Origin: Opitutales bacterium | GTDB taxonomy: Bacteria; Verrucomicrobiota; Verrucomicrobiia; Opitutales; JABSRG01 | Length of the DNA: 20,048 nt | Assembly (NCBI GenBank): GCA_049599475.1 | Contig: JBMYOQ010000072.1 | Coordinates: forward strand, 1 to 20,048 | Direction: 5' to 3' | Shown here: piece by piece, positions 17,829 to 20,048 of the stretch | How positions within the stretch are numbered: position 1 is the stretch's first letter | How the letters are laid out: each line of letters opens with the position of its first letter | The notes under the pieces: generated by a model | Seen by the model: the letters and a program-made list of their open reading frames with translations, nothing else | Databases searched by the model: none | What the model was told of the DNA's origin: nothing | Program-made: the position numbers and the translations under genes

Positions 17829-18784
17829 GCCGAGCACACAAAAATCCGGCCTGGCTGAAACAGGCGATTTCCATCGGAGCCGATTTCAAAATAGATCGCT
17901 CACGACTATATGTGCACAATCTGCGCAACCTGTTTTCACTGGGCCTGCTCCTATGCACCATCGGATTTCTCCTATGTCTCGGCGTCTGGCTAGACCCTTG
18001 GCTTCACATTCTGGTGGCGAGCCCCTTCCTTGGCATGGCATTCATGGGACTCCTTTTCCTAGTCCTGCATGAAGGCTCTCACAGCATGTATCTCGTGAGC
18101 AGTGACCGTAAACGCACGAAGAAGCTCAATTGGCTCTTTGGATCCGCAATCGGAGCATTGGCTGGCATCAATTACCCACATCACTGGGAGAAAGGACACC
18201 TCGTGCACCATGCTCGACCCATGGAAGACGACGACCCTCAATCACACAATTGCACCACTGGTGCAGAACTGGTGAAACGGATTATCCCCGCGATTCTGAT
18301 ACCTGGATGGAGCATGGGAACCCGAGTCTTTTCCAAGGTAAACCGCGATCGAGGCTCTTCTTCAAAGCCAGCTCTGATCGCCTTCGCTATTATTTGGAGC
18401 ACCGTAATGATTCTCGGCTGGCAATGGATCGGATGGTCCGGCCTGATTGCTTGGACCCTGGGCTTCGGCTGGCTGACTGCTCTCAATGAGCTCAAGGGCG
18501 GACTCGAGCACGGCGGCGCAATGGCTGAAGAGGATCATTACCTGTTTCGCTCACGCAGCACTGTTTTCCCACTCGTTTCAATCGTCTTTCCCTTCAACCT
18601 CACCTACCACTTTGAGCATCACCTGCGCCCAGACGTGCCGTGGTATCGCTTACCCGAATACAGCCGGGCGATCCACGCAGTGATGCCTCCCGAGGCGAGC
18701 GCGGCCTTTATGAATCGTGACCCAATCGCGATGCTCCGCAATGAAATCCCAGCACCGCATCAGCACCTAGCTGCTCAAAAGTAG
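17825..18784 (+). CDS. Membrane fatty acid desaturase-family di-iron enzyme (319 aa; start moved to the ATG at 17825)
   Basis: His boxes HEGSH, HLVHH and HFEHH, plus LEHG and VPWYRLP, with TM helices. ATGA overlap with the upstream stop codon. Confidence 0.88.
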   Translation: MSRAHKNPAWLKQAISIGADFKIDRSRLYVHNLRNLFSLGLLLCTIGFLLCLGVWLDPWLHILVASPFLGMAFMGLLFLVLHEGSHSMYLVSSDRKRTKKLNWLFGSAIGALAGINYPHHWEKGHLVHHARPMEDDDPQSHNCTTGAELVKRIIPAILIPGWSMGTRVFSKVNRDRGSSSKPALIAFAIIWSTVMILGWQWIGWSGLIAWTLGFGWLTALNELKGGLEHGGAMAEEDHYLFRSRSTVFPLVSIVFPFNLTYHFEHHLRPDVPWYRLPEYSRAIHAVMPPEASAAFMNRDPIAMLRNEIPAPHQHLAAQK

Positions 18785-18798
18785 CCCTCTGTTGAACT

Positions 18799-19971
18799 AT
18801 GGCATTGGCTGCCTTATTGGTCTGCATTGCCGGCCTATTTCTTATTCCTAAAAAGGGCGTCAAAGGATGTTGCGCCTTAATCGTCTTCTACCTTCCGCAG
18901 ACTTTAGTCTGGTGGTGGATGCTCGGCGGCATGGCCGAAATTCATCCAGCATTCAGCGGATATTTCATCGCACTATCCTGGGTAGGCCTTTCGATCCTGT
19001 TGGGGCACCGCGTGTTGACCTACGGAACAACCTGGCGGGGTCACCCACTGGAGATCGGATACATGCTTCCCATGCACGTTTTCCAGAATGCGATGCTGCT
19101 ACAAATGCTTTTCTGGCCACTCGCAGTCTTTTGGAATCCAGGACCAGGCGGGCAGACTTTGTTGGCCGCTATGCCTTTGCTTATCGGAATTGTCGGGATT
19201 ATAGGGCTCATGCTTCCCTGGCGTTGGGTGACGCATCAAGCAAACCTTCGTGGCTTGGCGAAACCAATCAGAGTCGTTCACCTCTCCGATTTACACCTAG
19301 GGCCCTATTTCACGAGCAGGCACCTCGACCAATTAGCCAACGAGATACAACAACGTAAGCCAGATCTCATTACAATTACCGGCGATTTTCTCACGCAAAC
19401 AACGCTCAGGCGCTACCAACCAATCCTCGACTTTGTATCGAAACTCTCAAAACAAGGCCGGCCCATATTAGCTTGTATTGGAAATCATGATCTCCCCTCG
19501 GTCTATCTGCTAACTCAAGACCTCGAGACAGCAGGAGCAGTCGTTTTGCGCAATCAGGGCCAGGCTCTACAAATCGGTGATAACACTCTTTGGGTCAGCG
19601 GCGTAGATTACTTCTCAGAAAAGAATCCGGAAGCCCTATATGCAGGGGCCTTCGAAGCCTGCAGGCCTTCAGAAGACCACCCGGAACTCCTGCTCTGCCA
19701 CGATCCCAAGGGATATAATTATCTACCCAAAGACCGCTCTTGCCTCTTGCTTGCCGGACACCTACACGGCGGCCAAATCGGCCTCAACGCGCTGGGCATC
19801 AACTGGAATTTGCTCACGCCCTTCGGCTTACACAATCCAGGCTGGCATCGCAAAGGACGCTCTCAAATGTTCCTTCACTCGGGGACAGGCACCTACGGCT
19901 TTCCAGCACGCATCGGCACGCGAACCGAGGCTGTTTTGCTCGAGCTCACTCCTGACGAAACAGAAATCTAA
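18799..19971 (+). CDS. Membrane-anchored calcineurin-like metallophosphoesterase (YkuE/YaeI-like)
   Basis: Several N-terminal TM helices and motifs HLSDLHLG, ITGDF, GNHD, LCHDP and AGHLHGGQ. Confidence 0.92.
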   Translation: MALAALLVCIAGLFLIPKKGVKGCCALIVFYLPQTLVWWWMLGGMAEIHPAFSGYFIALSWVGLSILLGHRVLTYGTTWRGHPLEIGYMLPMHVFQNAMLLQMLFWPLAVFWNPGPGGQTLLAAMPLLIGIVGIIGLMLPWRWVTHQANLRGLAKPIRVVHLSDLHLGPYFTSRHLDQLANEIQQRKPDLITITGDFLTQTTLRRYQPILDFVSKLSKQGRPILACIGNHDLPSVYLLTQDLETAGAVVLRNQGQALQIGDNTLWVSGVDYFSEKNPEALYAGAFEACRPSEDHPELLLCHDPKGYNYLPKDRSCLLLAGHLHGGQIGLNALGINWNLLTPFGLHNPGWHRKGRSQMFLHSGTGTYGFPARIGTRTEAVLLELTPDETEI

Positions 19972-20048
19972 AACATTTCTTAAAAATGCTTTCGTATTAG
20001 GGGCTGTCTTCAAATAAATCGATAAAAGCCTTGTACTATTATGGCATG

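Noticed and set aside
19970..19992. Weak AT-rich hairpin after the metallophosphoesterase gene
   Set aside because: It is too weak to call a terminator with confidence.

Overview
Chromosomal bacterial window of moderate GC, densely coding, with no transposase, integrase, CRISPR array or RNA gene seen. The gene style suggests Verrucomicrobiota/Opitutia, which is an inference only. Genes in order: PilT/PilU-family ATPase, hypothetical protein, M24 Xaa-Pro peptidase, DUF192 lipoprotein, monoheme cytochrome c lipoprotein, oxyR divergent from katG (with a recognisable OxyR operator), gpmI, hybrid histidine kinase, P-loop kinase-like protein, membrane hypothetical, nitroreductase, threonine aldolase, a secreted GH92, and a three-gene membrane operon (CmpB/TMEM229-like protein, desaturase, metallophosphoesterase). 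Four points stand out: (1) a GGTAG-led ~26-bp REP/REPIN-like palindrome family in four intergenic regions, with compensatory stem changes and a conserved A.G mismatch; (2) an OxyR whose second cysteine lies at CX4C rather than the canonical CX8C spacing; (3) a GH92 with Ser at the position of the catalytic acid Glu; (4) the translationally coupled membrane operon.
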